This document shows, piece after piece, positions 23,993-32,000 of a stretch of 32,000 nt of DNA (position 1 is its first letter; the number at the start of each line of letters is the position of its first letter). The position numbers were made by a program, and so were the translations under genes. Under the pieces are notes generated by a model. That model did no database searches and was not told where the DNA came from. It worked only from the letters and a program-made list of their open reading frames with translations. The stretch covers positions 1,320,001 to 1,352,000 of the forward strand of contig NZ_JAGIOS010000002.1 in the NCBI RefSeq assembly GCF_017876815.1. Reading direction: 5' to 3'. This DNA is from Sinorhizobium meliloti (GTDB taxonomy: Bacteria; Pseudomonadota; Alphaproteobacteria; Rhizobiales; Rhizobiaceae).

Positions 23993-26026
23993 ATGGGAAC
24001 GCGCTTGGCAGTAATCCACCGAGACTTCGAGTATCGCCCGGACCTGGATGGTTTGCGAGCCGTGGCGATCTTACCTGTGCTCCTCTTTCACGCAGGCTTC
24101 AGTTCGTTCTCAGGCGGATTCGTCGGGGTCGATGTATTTTTTGTCTTGTCCGGGTTTTTTATGGCGAGGATCATCCTCACCGACCTCGAGCGCGGCAGCT
24201 TCAGCTTTTGGTCGTTCTATCTTCGGCGGATGAGGCGCATCTTCCCGGCATTGTTCTCGATGATCGCCGTTTCGGCCGTTGCGGGATGGTTTTTGCTCAT
24301 GCCGCAGGAGTTTCGGTATTTCGGCGATAGCATACAATCTGCTGCCTTATTTACTTCGAACATCCTGTTTCGTAGCGAGAGCGGCTATTTCGATCTCTCC
24401 TCAGAAATGAAGCCATTGCTTCATACCTGGTCTCTGTCGGTGGAAGAGCAGTTTTACCTGATTTTTCCCGTCGCGGTTTTCCTTGCCTTCAAATTCGCAC
24501 ATAGGCACATTCGTGCAATCGTGTTGGCAGTTGCGCTCTTGTCCTTCGGGGCAAGCACTTGGGGGATTGTTCACTCGCCCGAAAAAGCATTCTACTTGCT
24601 GCATTTTCGCGTTTGGGAGTTGCTGATCGGAGTCCTTGTTGCCATTGCTCCTGCCTCAACTTATGGGGCCCGCGGCTCGCAGGCATTGGCGGCACTCGGA
24701 CTGCTGGCAGTTCTCCTGGCCGTTTTCGTCTATTCTCCTGATACGCCCTTTCCCGGTATTTATGCCGCAGTGCCCTGCCTCGGTACGGCCCTTGTGATCC
24801 ACGCACACTGTCGAGGCGGAGCGATAGGGCGCTTACTGGGTAATCCCGTTTCGGTCTTCATCGGACGCATCTCATACTCCCTCTACCTCTGGCATTGGCC
24901 CATCATCGTGTTCCTTCGCTATGGCCTTGGCCACGAACTGACAACCGGATGGGCGCTGACCGCCGTGGCGATGTCCTTCGCGCTCGCATACATTTCATGG
25001 AGGTTTGTCGAGCAGCCCGCGCGGTATGGCGTGCTGGCCTCCTCGCGCGTCGCGATCATCGGCGTGAGTAGCGCCGCTATTTCTTCGGCGGTCGCCTTCG
25101 GCTTCATTGTCAATGACCTGGAAGGTATTCCCCAAAGGTTGCCCGAAAAGGCCCGAACGCTTTACCAAGCCACCTATGATGAGAGCCCATTCTCCTCGAG
25201 CCGGTGTTTCACCGATTCAAATGGGGAAGGTCTGACACCGGTTCAGATAAGGAGAGGGGAGATCTGCCGGGTCGGAGTCGAGACTGCGGGCGAGCCGCGG
25301 TTCCTCGTGTGGGGAGATTCTCATGCCGCTGCGATCGCTCCTGCTATTGACCTTGCCGCTCGCCAAATGAGTATATCGGGCATGTTCGTCGGGCGCGGAT
25401 CGTGCCCGCCCTTGCCCAATACGGATTTCGGTCCTCCGGGGGCGGTCAAGAGATGCATCGAACACAATTCTGCAGTGATGTCGCTAATCGAGAAGAGAAA
25501 GTTCGCCTTTGTTTTCATGGTGGGCTATTGGCCTAAGTACGTCCACCGAGAAGAGCTGCCGGGTCAGGGCATCTTCTTTGACCCTGGCGTCGCACCTCCC
25601 CGGACCGATTGGTCTATTCCGGTCAGGAAGGGACTTGATGCGACTTTGACCAAGCTCGCTCGGCAGGGATCGAAGGCGATTCTTGTGATGGATGTACCGG
25701 AGATGGGATTCGACGTTCCCGAGGCTCTCGCACGAGCGGCTGCGTCTGGACGCTCGCTCGATATAGCTCCTTCTGTTGAATACACCAACAGGCGCCAAGC
25801 CTTGGCCCGGCGGGTCTTGGCGGATGCGGCCAAGTCGAGCGGAGCCTTGGTTGTCGATCCGATGAGCGAAATCTGCGACGCCTCCAGGTGTCATGTTATG
25901 CGAGAAGGCACCGTTCTCTATAAGGACGGAGATCACCTGTCGGCGAAAGGTGCGGAAAGTCTCTCAGCACTCTTCCGACCCGTGCTGAGCATGATGCGAG
26001 AGAGCGTCCAGGCTGCGAATCGCTGA
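23993..26026 (+). CDS. Acyltransferase-3 (OafA/YrhL) with C-terminal SGNH domain; polysaccharide O-acyl/acetyltransferase
   Basis: RPDLDGLRAVAILPVLLFHAGFSSFSGGFVGVDVFFVLSGF is the AT3 signature. The protein has 10 or more TM helices and then a soluble tail with GDSHA (SGNH block I-like). Confidence 0.9.
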   Translation: MGTRLAVIHRDFEYRPDLDGLRAVAILPVLLFHAGFSSFSGGFVGVDVFFVLSGFFMARIILTDLERGSFSFWSFYLRRMRRIFPALFSMIAVSAVAGWFLLMPQEFRYFGDSIQSAALFTSNILFRSESGYFDLSSEMKPLLHTWSLSVEEQFYLIFPVAVFLAFKFAHRHIRAIVLAVALLSFGASTWGIVHSPEKAFYLLHFRVWELLIGVLVAIAPASTYGARGSQALAALGLLAVLLAVFVYSPDTPFPGIYAAVPCLGTALVIHAHCRGGAIGRLLGNPVSVFIGRISYSLYLWHWPIIVFLRYGLGHELTTGWALTAVAMSFALAYISWRFVEQPARYGVLASSRVAIIGVSSAAISSAVAFGFIVNDLEGIPQRLPEKARTLYQATYDESPFSSSRCFTDSNGEGLTPVQIRRGEICRVGVETAGEPRFLVWGDSHAAAIAPAIDLAARQMSISGMFVGRGSCPPLPNTDFGPPGAVKRCIEHNSAVMSLIEKRKFAFVFMVGYWPKYVHREELPGQGIFFDPGVAPPRTDWSIPVRKGLDATLTKLARQGSKAILVMDVPEMGFDVPEALARAAASGRSLDIAPSVEYTNRRQALARRVLADAAKSSGALVVDPMSEICDASRCHVMREGTVLYKDGDHLSAKGAESLSALFRPVLSMMRESVQAANR

Positions 26027-26170
26027 GCGGGCGGCGGCCGGTACTCGTCCACACTTGAGACAGTTCTCCGTCCAAGAAACTTTGAATATTGCCCCGCGTT
26101 CATTCTTATACTTCGTGTATTGTAAATCCGAATTGCCACTGACAAGCGCTGCTGTTAATCTCCGATCAAG

Positions 26171-26491
26171 GTGCAATCACCGGGGGGCGGAAGTTTGCAT
26201 TTCGAAGATGACGGATTGCGGGTCGCGACCCTTGAGTTTCTGGTGAAAGTCCTTGCAACCAAAAGGCTCAGGGACGATCCCGATGCCGACCTCAAGCAGG
26301 ACGTACTCAGCGCACTTGAACGTATACCGCTGCAATTCGTCTCCAGTGAAGTGGAACGGGCCGAGATCAGAGCAAAGATGCATGCCGAGGCAAATGCAAT
26401 TCTGAACTGGGCGGTGGAGGGGCGGACGACCACAATCTCGCCGATTGCGGGTAGGCCAATATCTGCCTCGCATTACCGCCAATGGCGATAG
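26171..26491 (+). pseudogene. Fragment of a P4-type phage/plasmid primase C-terminal region
   Basis: LERIPLQFVSS...AEIRAKMHAEANAILNWAVEG resembles the conserved ...IPF....D..L..KL..E..GIL.WAVEG end of P4-family primases. No Walker motifs or upstream part are present, and AT-rich non-coding DNA lies on its 5' side. Confidence 0.45.
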
Positions 26492-26557
26492 TTCGGAACG
26501 CGCGCGCCGCTGTCATTGGCCGCTCGCCGCAGTAGCGTCTGGTCGAATACGGACCGA

Positions 26558-28147
26558 CTATAGCGGTTGCTCAGCCACTGCGCGTTTCAGGAAATGAACG
26601 TATTTCTCCGCGGTCGTTGATGCCTGATGTCCCTGCGATACGCCACCGCTAAGCACCGCGGCTGCCGCGGCGTCGAGATCCGTGTGCGGATGCACAAGCG
26701 TTATCAGAGGAGAGTATCGTTCAAGCCATTGATTCTTGTGGGTCTTGACGTCGAACAGGAGAGAAGGAACGTTACAGAGGAGACTGAAGATCGCCATATG
26801 ATATCGCCCGCCGATGTGAAGTCGGCAAGTTGAAATTGTCTCGGCAGCACGTTCAATGCTTGCTGTCTCAGCAAAAATGCCGCCACGGGCAATGATCTCT
26901 GCCTCATATGGAGAGAATCGTTCAACTGCGTGCGTAAGAACAACAGGCCGAAGCTTCCACGCCTCGCAAATCTTCAGTGCAGCTTTTAGAATTTCAACGT
27001 CTTCTTCGGCATTGTTTCTGGCGCCGGTGGTTATCAGGCAACCATCGCGATCCGCGACGGGCGCTGGCGATATCCGAAGAAATGCAGCATCCGCCAGAAA
27101 TTCGATCCCGTAATACTCCGCTGAGATTTCGTCGCGTGCGGCCACATGGCCGAGTTCGCGAAAGAGCCCTTTGAGATAATCCGATCGTTCGCCCTCGTAG
27201 ATAGGTATCGTTCCGTTCAATACAGCAAATGGCTTCCCTAGCTTCCTGGCGGTGAGAATAGGAGTGAAGAAGGTTGCAAGCCCTTCTGCCGTTGTCCTGT
27301 GGTCCAACGATCCCTCTGGCTGAAGGATCACGAAATCGGCGGCCGCTATATGGTCAACAGCGTCTTCGCCATATGCAGTGGAAAGTCGGGCCTCAATGTC
27401 CGAGAGTTCATATCCTCCAGCGGATGTGGACTTCGGGAATTCCTTCCTGAAGGCTGCGAAGTTGAAACCGATGGACGTAATCTCGGCCGCGGGGAACGCA
27501 TCTAGAATTTGTTGCTTGAGACCCTGGCTCGTCAGTCGGCATCCGATATTGACCCTGAAGTCTGTATCGTTGAACAGGGCAATCTTGATTTTTGAGCCAG
27601 ACACTTCTTTCTGTCGGCAGGAGCTTGCGAGCTCGTCAACGAAGCTCTCGTAATGCCGCCAAAAGCCGGATGGATCCCCTGTCGACATATGCTCCCGGCA
27701 AATCGTGCGGGCGTCCGAGTACCTTTTGTCTGCCACGAGAAATCCCACAGCGCGCCTCGCTCTGGAAACGTCTGCCCCGCGTCCTGTAGCTGCCAGAACT
27801 AAATGCCTTGCAGCTCTGTCAGGATTCGAATTCCTCAGTTTTTTGGCGAACCGCCAATGTATGGCGGACTTTATCCCCTCGAACAAATTCTCGTGCTTTC
27901 GATCAGGTTCAGGATAATGACTCCTGTATAAGTGCACAAATTTCAGTCCGACATCAAGAAATTGCGAAGGGCCTCCGAAGCCTCGCTCACGCGGAGCCGA
28001 AGCCCCGCTCGCACGGAAAACATTGAAAAGGAAGTGATGGCAGAGCGGGTGGCTCACGACCTCGTTCGCACTGAAAGCCTGTGAAGTTGCAGAAAGGAGG
28101 CGGCTGGAAGGCTGAGCCGTTGGGCTCCGCCACAAGAAGGTGCCCAT
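26558..28147 (-). CDS. Polysaccharide pyruvyl transferase family protein with a long N-terminal extension
   Basis: The C-terminal RLHIGGRYHMAIFSLLCNVPSLLFDVKTHK matches the PS_pyruv_trans motif (R.H..I.A...G.P......K). The N-terminal ~180 aa are unassigned, so the start is uncertain. Confidence 0.7.
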   Translation of the reverse strand: MGTFLWRSPTAQPSSRLLSATSQAFSANEVVSHPLCHHFLFNVFRASGASAPRERGFGGPSQFLDVGLKFVHLYRSHYPEPDRKHENLFEGIKSAIHWRFAKKLRNSNPDRAARHLVLAATGRGADVSRARRAVGFLVADKRYSDARTICREHMSTGDPSGFWRHYESFVDELASSCRQKEVSGSKIKIALFNDTDFRVNIGCRLTSQGLKQQILDAFPAAEITSIGFNFAAFRKEFPKSTSAGGYELSDIEARLSTAYGEDAVDHIAAADFVILQPEGSLDHRTTAEGLATFFTPILTARKLGKPFAVLNGTIPIYEGERSDYLKGLFRELGHVAARDEISAEYYGIEFLADAAFLRISPAPVADRDGCLITTGARNNAEEDVEILKAALKICEAWKLRPVVLTHAVERFSPYEAEIIARGGIFAETASIERAAETISTCRLHIGGRYHMAIFSLLCNVPSLLFDVKTHKNQWLERYSPLITLVHPHTDLDAAAAAVLSGGVSQGHQASTTAEKYVHFLKRAVAEQPL

Positions 28148-28219
28148 GACTGGTCAAAGCGGTCACAAGGCACTATAGAGACCCGGGGACGGCGCCGGTA
28201 CACGGGCACGCATGCGTGA

Positions 28220-30043
28220 TTGCGGGGACGGGACTATTTGAACGTCAAGGATCGAAAAGAGCGCGAAGTCGATACTGAAACGATCGCTGGGATCCTAAGG
28301 CGCGTCATTGCCGAAAACGGCCGCGACCATATCCGCGGATATGCCTTTGCCATTGCCTGCCTGATGGTCGTGGCTGCAACGACGGCTTTCACGGCGTGGA
28401 TCAGTGAAACTGTGATCAACGAAGCTTTCGCCAACAAGCGCGGCGACGTCGTTCTATTCGTCTGCTTCTCGATATTTGCTGCCTTTGTGCTGAGAGGCCT
28501 GGCGACTTATGGACAAGCCGTCGCTTTATCGAAAATTGGCAACAGTATTGTCGCAAGCTATAAGCGCCGGCTTTATACGCATCTGATGGCGTTGAGCGTT
28601 GGCTTTTTCCAGGAAAAGCGCTCCGCGCACCTCACCGCCAAGATCAACCAGAACATCTCCGGCATCCGCGACGTGCTCAACATGACCGTCACGTCGGTCG
28701 CCCGCGATGTCCTGACTCTGGTCGGTCTTGTCGGCGTGATGATAAGCAAGGACTGGTTGCTCTCGCTCATCACCTTTTTTGGGGCCCCTCCGTTGCTCCT
28801 CGGGCTCCGCTACATTTCCAGGCGGCTGCGTCTGGCGACGCGCGAGGCGGTCGAGGCCAACAGCCGCGTGCTAGGCGCGATGCAGGAAACCATCCAGGGC
28901 ATTTCCATCGTCAAAGCCTTCACGATGGAGGACGAGTTGGGCCGCAAGGTCGAGGGCATAATCAAGGGCGCGGAGAACCGCGCCAACCGCATCGCGCGCT
29001 TGAGCGAACGGACGGCGCCGTTGACGGAGACCTTTGCAGGCCTGGCAATTTCGGGCGTGCTTGCCTATGCGGCCTTCCGCACCATCTACAGCAACGTGGC
29101 CCCGGGTGCCTTGTTCGCCTTTGTAACGGCGCTTCTCTTGGCATACGACCCGGTGCGACGCCTGGCTCGCCTGCAGCTGTCGCTGGAGCGCGCTGCCGTC
29201 AACGCCCGCATGCTTTACGAAATTTTGGACACGGTTCCGCATCAACGGGACCTGCCCGGGGCGAGTCAACTGGCCTTCAGCGAAGCGACCGTCGAGCTTC
29301 GAGACGTGCGGTTCTCCTATGGCAATGGTGAGGAGGTCCTAAAGGGAGTCAGTTTCCTGGCTGAAGGTGGCAAGACTACCGCGCTCGTTGGCCCGTCCGG
29401 AGCCGGCAAATCGACGATCATCAGCCTCATTCCACGCTTCTACGATCCACAATCGGGCGCGATCCTGATCGACGGGCAAGACATAGCCGCTGTTACCAAG
29501 CAGTCTCTGCGCAACGGGCTCGCCTATGTCTCACAACAAGCTTACCTTTTTGAAGGTTCAATCCGCGATAACATCCGCTACGGCCGGCCCGAAGCGACGG
29601 ACGCGGAAGTAGAGGAAGCGGCCCGGCTTGCCTATGCGCATGATTTCATACTCGCGCAGCCACAGGGGTACGATACACCTGTGGGCGAGCAAGGAATGAC
29701 GCTGTCCGGCGGCCAGCGCCAGCGTCTTTCGATTGCCCGCGCGCTCGTCCGCAACGCGCCCATTCTGCTTCTGGACGAGGCTACCTCGGCTCTTGATACG
29801 GAGTCGGAAGCAGCTGTCCAGAAGGCACTCGATCAGGCGATGAGCGGCCGCACCGTCATTGTGATCGCTCACCGACTTTCCACCGTCGTTAATGCTGACA
29901 AGATCGTCGTGATGAAGGAGGGGCTGGTCGTCGAGGAAGGAACGCACGAGGAACTCGCGCGTCGTTCGGACGGCGTTTACGCTCGTCTCCACAACATCCA
30001 AGGTGGCTTTTTGGAATTGACTGTCGGAGCTGATGCCACTTAG
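28220..30043 (+). CDS. ABC exporter, fused permease/ATPase (MsbA/NdvA-like type I exporter)
   Basis: The protein has a 6-TM N-terminal half, Walker A GPSGAGKST, signature LSGGQRQR and Walker B ILLLDEATSALD. The listed start is a TTG and is uncertain. Confidence 0.9.
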   Translation: MRGRDYLNVKDRKEREVDTETIAGILRRVIAENGRDHIRGYAFAIACLMVVAATTAFTAWISETVINEAFANKRGDVVLFVCFSIFAAFVLRGLATYGQAVALSKIGNSIVASYKRRLYTHLMALSVGFFQEKRSAHLTAKINQNISGIRDVLNMTVTSVARDVLTLVGLVGVMISKDWLLSLITFFGAPPLLLGLRYISRRLRLATREAVEANSRVLGAMQETIQGISIVKAFTMEDELGRKVEGIIKGAENRANRIARLSERTAPLTETFAGLAISGVLAYAAFRTIYSNVAPGALFAFVTALLLAYDPVRRLARLQLSLERAAVNARMLYEILDTVPHQRDLPGASQLAFSEATVELRDVRFSYGNGEEVLKGVSFLAEGGKTTALVGPSGAGKSTIISLIPRFYDPQSGAILIDGQDIAAVTKQSLRNGLAYVSQQAYLFEGSIRDNIRYGRPEATDAEVEEAARLAYAHDFILAQPQGYDTPVGEQGMTLSGGQRQRLSIARALVRNAPILLLDEATSALDTESEAAVQKALDQAMSGRTVIVIAHRLSTVVNADKIVVMKEGLVVEEGTHEELARRSDGVYARLHNIQGGFLELTVGADAT

Positions 30044-30378
30044 CTGGTGGCTCGAGGCCTTACAGGCGAGGAAGGTGGACGAGCCGCTGACACGGCAATC
30101 TCCCTGGGTCAGCCCGCTTCCTCATTGCGCATCGCCCTTAGGAATTAGCTTGATCGTCGAGTGTTGAACTTGAATTGGGTCGGGCCGACACACGGGAGTG
30201 AAAGGCAGTTTCAATTCCAACTGCAGCGCGGAAAACCTTCGAGCCCAGCCGCCGGGACTAGTTGGAGCCGAGGCTATGCATAGGACGCAATTGCGAGGGG
30301 CATCGGCCCGAGTTTGCTGCAGTTTTCGCTTTCGATGAGGGGCGGGTTCGACGTTTCCGGCTAAGGAGTGGCCAGGCA

Positions 30379-31119
30379 GTGATTATATCCCATCGCCACA
30401 AGTTCATTTTCATCCACGTACCGAAAACCGCCGGCAGCACGGTTTCTGCCTTTCTCGCTCGCGAATTCGGACCATGGGATCTGCAACTTGGGTCCTGGAA
30501 GGATGCACTCGGAAATGGAGCCAAAGCCAATCGGCTGGCGCTGATTGCTATGTTCTGCCATCTGTCTCCACTTAAGATCGCCCAAACCCTCATCCGCAAC
30601 CACAGTGTCGATTCATTGGCCGGTGTCGCTCTCAGCCGGCGTTTTGCAGGCAGACTCGCGGATCATTCGAGCGCAAGCGAAATCGAGGCCTTCGATCCCT
30701 CTGCCTGGAAACAGTATTTCAAATTCTGTTTCGTGCGAAACCCGTTCGAGAGGGCTGTTTCTCTTTACAATTGGCACTACAGGAAGGCCGATACCCGGCC
30801 GAGCTTCTCGCAAATGCTCTGCTTGATCGAAGCAGGTGCAGCTGAGAAAGAGCGTATTAATTGGAAATCGTGGCAGCTCTACACCAAGAACGACGAAGTT
30901 GTTGTTGATTTCGTAGGTCGGCAGGAGCGCCTCTCGGAAGATCTACGCAACGTATGCGACAGACTCGGGCTGCCTTTCGATGAACGATTCCTGACCAGAG
31001 CGAAGGCGAACCCAAGGAGGCCGGATATTCGCAATTATTATAAACCCGGCGACCGGGAACGCGTCGAACGGCTGTTCGGCGCCGAGATCGAACATTTCAA
31101 GTATCGTTTCCCCGAGTAG
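30379..31119 (+). CDS. Sulfotransferase (Sulfotransfer_2-like)
   Basis: HKFIFIHVPKTAGSTV is the 5'-PSB PAPS loop and FVRNPFERAVSLY is the 3'-PB motif. The start is placed at GTG 30379, after an AAGGAG SD. The ORF track extends to 30262. Confidence 0.8.
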   Translation: MIISHRHKFIFIHVPKTAGSTVSAFLAREFGPWDLQLGSWKDALGNGAKANRLALIAMFCHLSPLKIAQTLIRNHSVDSLAGVALSRRFAGRLADHSSASEIEAFDPSAWKQYFKFCFVRNPFERAVSLYNWHYRKADTRPSFSQMLCLIEAGAAEKERINWKSWQLYTKNDEVVVDFVGRQERLSEDLRNVCDRLGLPFDERFLTRAKANPRRPDIRNYYKPGDRERVERLFGAEIEHFKYRFPE

Positions 31120-31663
31120 AAGCATTTCCGCTTTTCGCCGAAGCGCGGAAGGGGCAACAACCTGTCGATCGCCGCCATTCCGGACGGAAAACCGCTGCGC
31201 ACTTTTCCGGGAATTGCTCTAACCTTCGGCGCCGCGGCCTGCGGCTCGATTCTGTTTGCCTTGAAGACCTCCATCTCCGGAATCTCGGTCGCACCTTCTC
31301 ACCTATATGGCGGGCTTCAAACATCTCGAGGGCGCATTGAAGGCCGAGTTCGACGTCACCGGTGCCGGCGGCACAACCAGGGACCATATCCAATCGCTGC
31401 AGAGAACCGCCAATGTAGGATTTTCCGGATGGATCTCCGCCAAGGTGTTGTACTAGTGGGTTGCCGGTGAAGTCCGGCCGACATGCGTGTTCCCGACTGT
31501 TCACGAAATCCTTTGCCGTTGGCACACCGAGGTGTCCCGAATCGCAGAAATCGGCCGCGTCCGTAGTGCTCGTTGGGGCTTTTCGGTCTTCTCCGCCTCG
31601 GCGGCTCCCATCCGGTCTTGCCATCGCCAAGATCGAGTGCGGGGATGGCCAATCCACAGGGGC

Positions 31664-32000
31664 TCAGTTCTCGCGCATCCCGAGGCGGAACGCGTCCGCG
31701 AGAGGTTGAGTCAGGTAGGACAGAACGCTCCTCTCACCGGTAGCGACGATCACCTCCGCCGGCATGCCCGGCCTCAGCTTCGCTCGAACCTGGTCGGGAA
31801 ACTTCGAGACCTGCACGGAAACTTTCAGCTCGTAGTAAGGCTGACGCGTCACCTCGTCATGAAGCGCATCGGCAGCAACGCTCTGCACCTCTCCGATTGC
31901 GATTGGTGTTGATCGAGCCTTGAACGAAGGCAGTCGGATCTCGGCAGGAAGACCCTCTCCAACATTGTTGATGTCGACCGGCGACATCTTCGCCGAGACG
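31664..32000 (-). CDS. HlyD-family type I secretion membrane fusion protein, C-terminal part (continues beyond the window)
   Basis: ...PYYELKVSV...LRPGMPAEVIVATGERSVLSYLTQPLADAFRLGMRE is the characteristic C-terminus of T1SS adaptors. The frame stays open to position 32000. Confidence 0.8.
   Translation of the reverse strand, partial: VSAKMSPVDINNVGEGLPAEIRLPSFKARSTPIAIGEVQSVAADALHDEVTRQPYYELKVSVQVSKFPDQVRAKLRPGMPAEVIVATGERSVLSYLTQPLADAFRLGMREN

Noticed and set aside
31097-31660. 186-aa and 98-aa minus-strand ORFs downstream of the HlyD gene. I also considered a transglutaminase-like peptidase remnant here.
   Set aside because: The composition is Arg/Pro-rich and implausible, several frames overlap, and there is no SD and no recognisable motif. 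This is possibly decayed sequence. The stretch GAAAAGTGCGCAGCGGTTTTCCG (about 31187-31210, minus strand; it translates as EKCAAVFR) resembles the start of a widespread Rhizobiales intergenic repeat, but only partially.
1-32000. CRISPR arrays, rRNA genes, intact IS elements or transposases, retron or DGR reverse transcriptases
   Set aside because: I saw no regularly spaced direct repeats, no rRNA-like conserved blocks and no DDE, RT or HNH signatures in any listed ORF.

Overview
The window looks like an accessory region of a Rhizobiales-type alphaproteobacterium. That assignment is inferred from the gene families present (three DUF982 paralogues, GcrA-like, ELM1-like, LTXXQ, a B12 riboswitch) and a GC content that looks high by eye; nothing was computed or searched. 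I read five blocks. (1) 1-6.3 kb is a heavily decayed prophage-like segment. It holds a rusA-like gene, a GcrA-like gene, a NusG/RfaH-like gene, an MT-A70 methyltransferase and three DUF982 genes, and most of them carry frameshifts. It also holds two diverged copies of a promoter + ~140-nt RNA + intrinsic terminator unit, each bracketed by ops-like GCGGTAG motifs. (2) 6.3-8.8 kb holds integrative-element remnants: a tRNA-like 3' fragment, an AT-richer secreted esterase, a third copy of the terminator, a shattered tyrosine integrase and an intact DUF1643 gene. (3) 8.8-13.4 kb is a metal-related block. It holds a cobalamin riboswitch in front of a stand-alone CbiM-like permease, YbaN/DUF454, a frameshifted Crp/Fnr regulator, an LTXXQ periplasmic protein and a CopZ-like chaperone behind a CueR-type promoter. 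(4) 13.6-31.1 kb is a large, mostly intact surface-polysaccharide locus. It encodes several GT-A-like glycosyltransferases, an ELM1-family protein, a GT92-like protein, four sialyltransferase-fold paralogues, an ArnT/PMT-like GT-C, KpsF, an OafA-type acyltransferase, a pyruvyl transferase, an MsbA-like ABC exporter and a sulfotransferase. A phage/plasmid primase scar interrupts it. (5) The 3' end of a HlyD-family type I secretion adaptor runs off the right edge. I saw no rRNA, no intact tRNA, no CRISPR array and no intact transposase. The most interesting candidates are the NusG-paralogue / ops-like / terminated-RNA modules and the cluster of sialyltransferase-fold proteins next to kpsF. The latter may be ulosonic-acid (Kdo-type) transferases. 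All functional calls rest on motif recognition by eye and need database confirmation.
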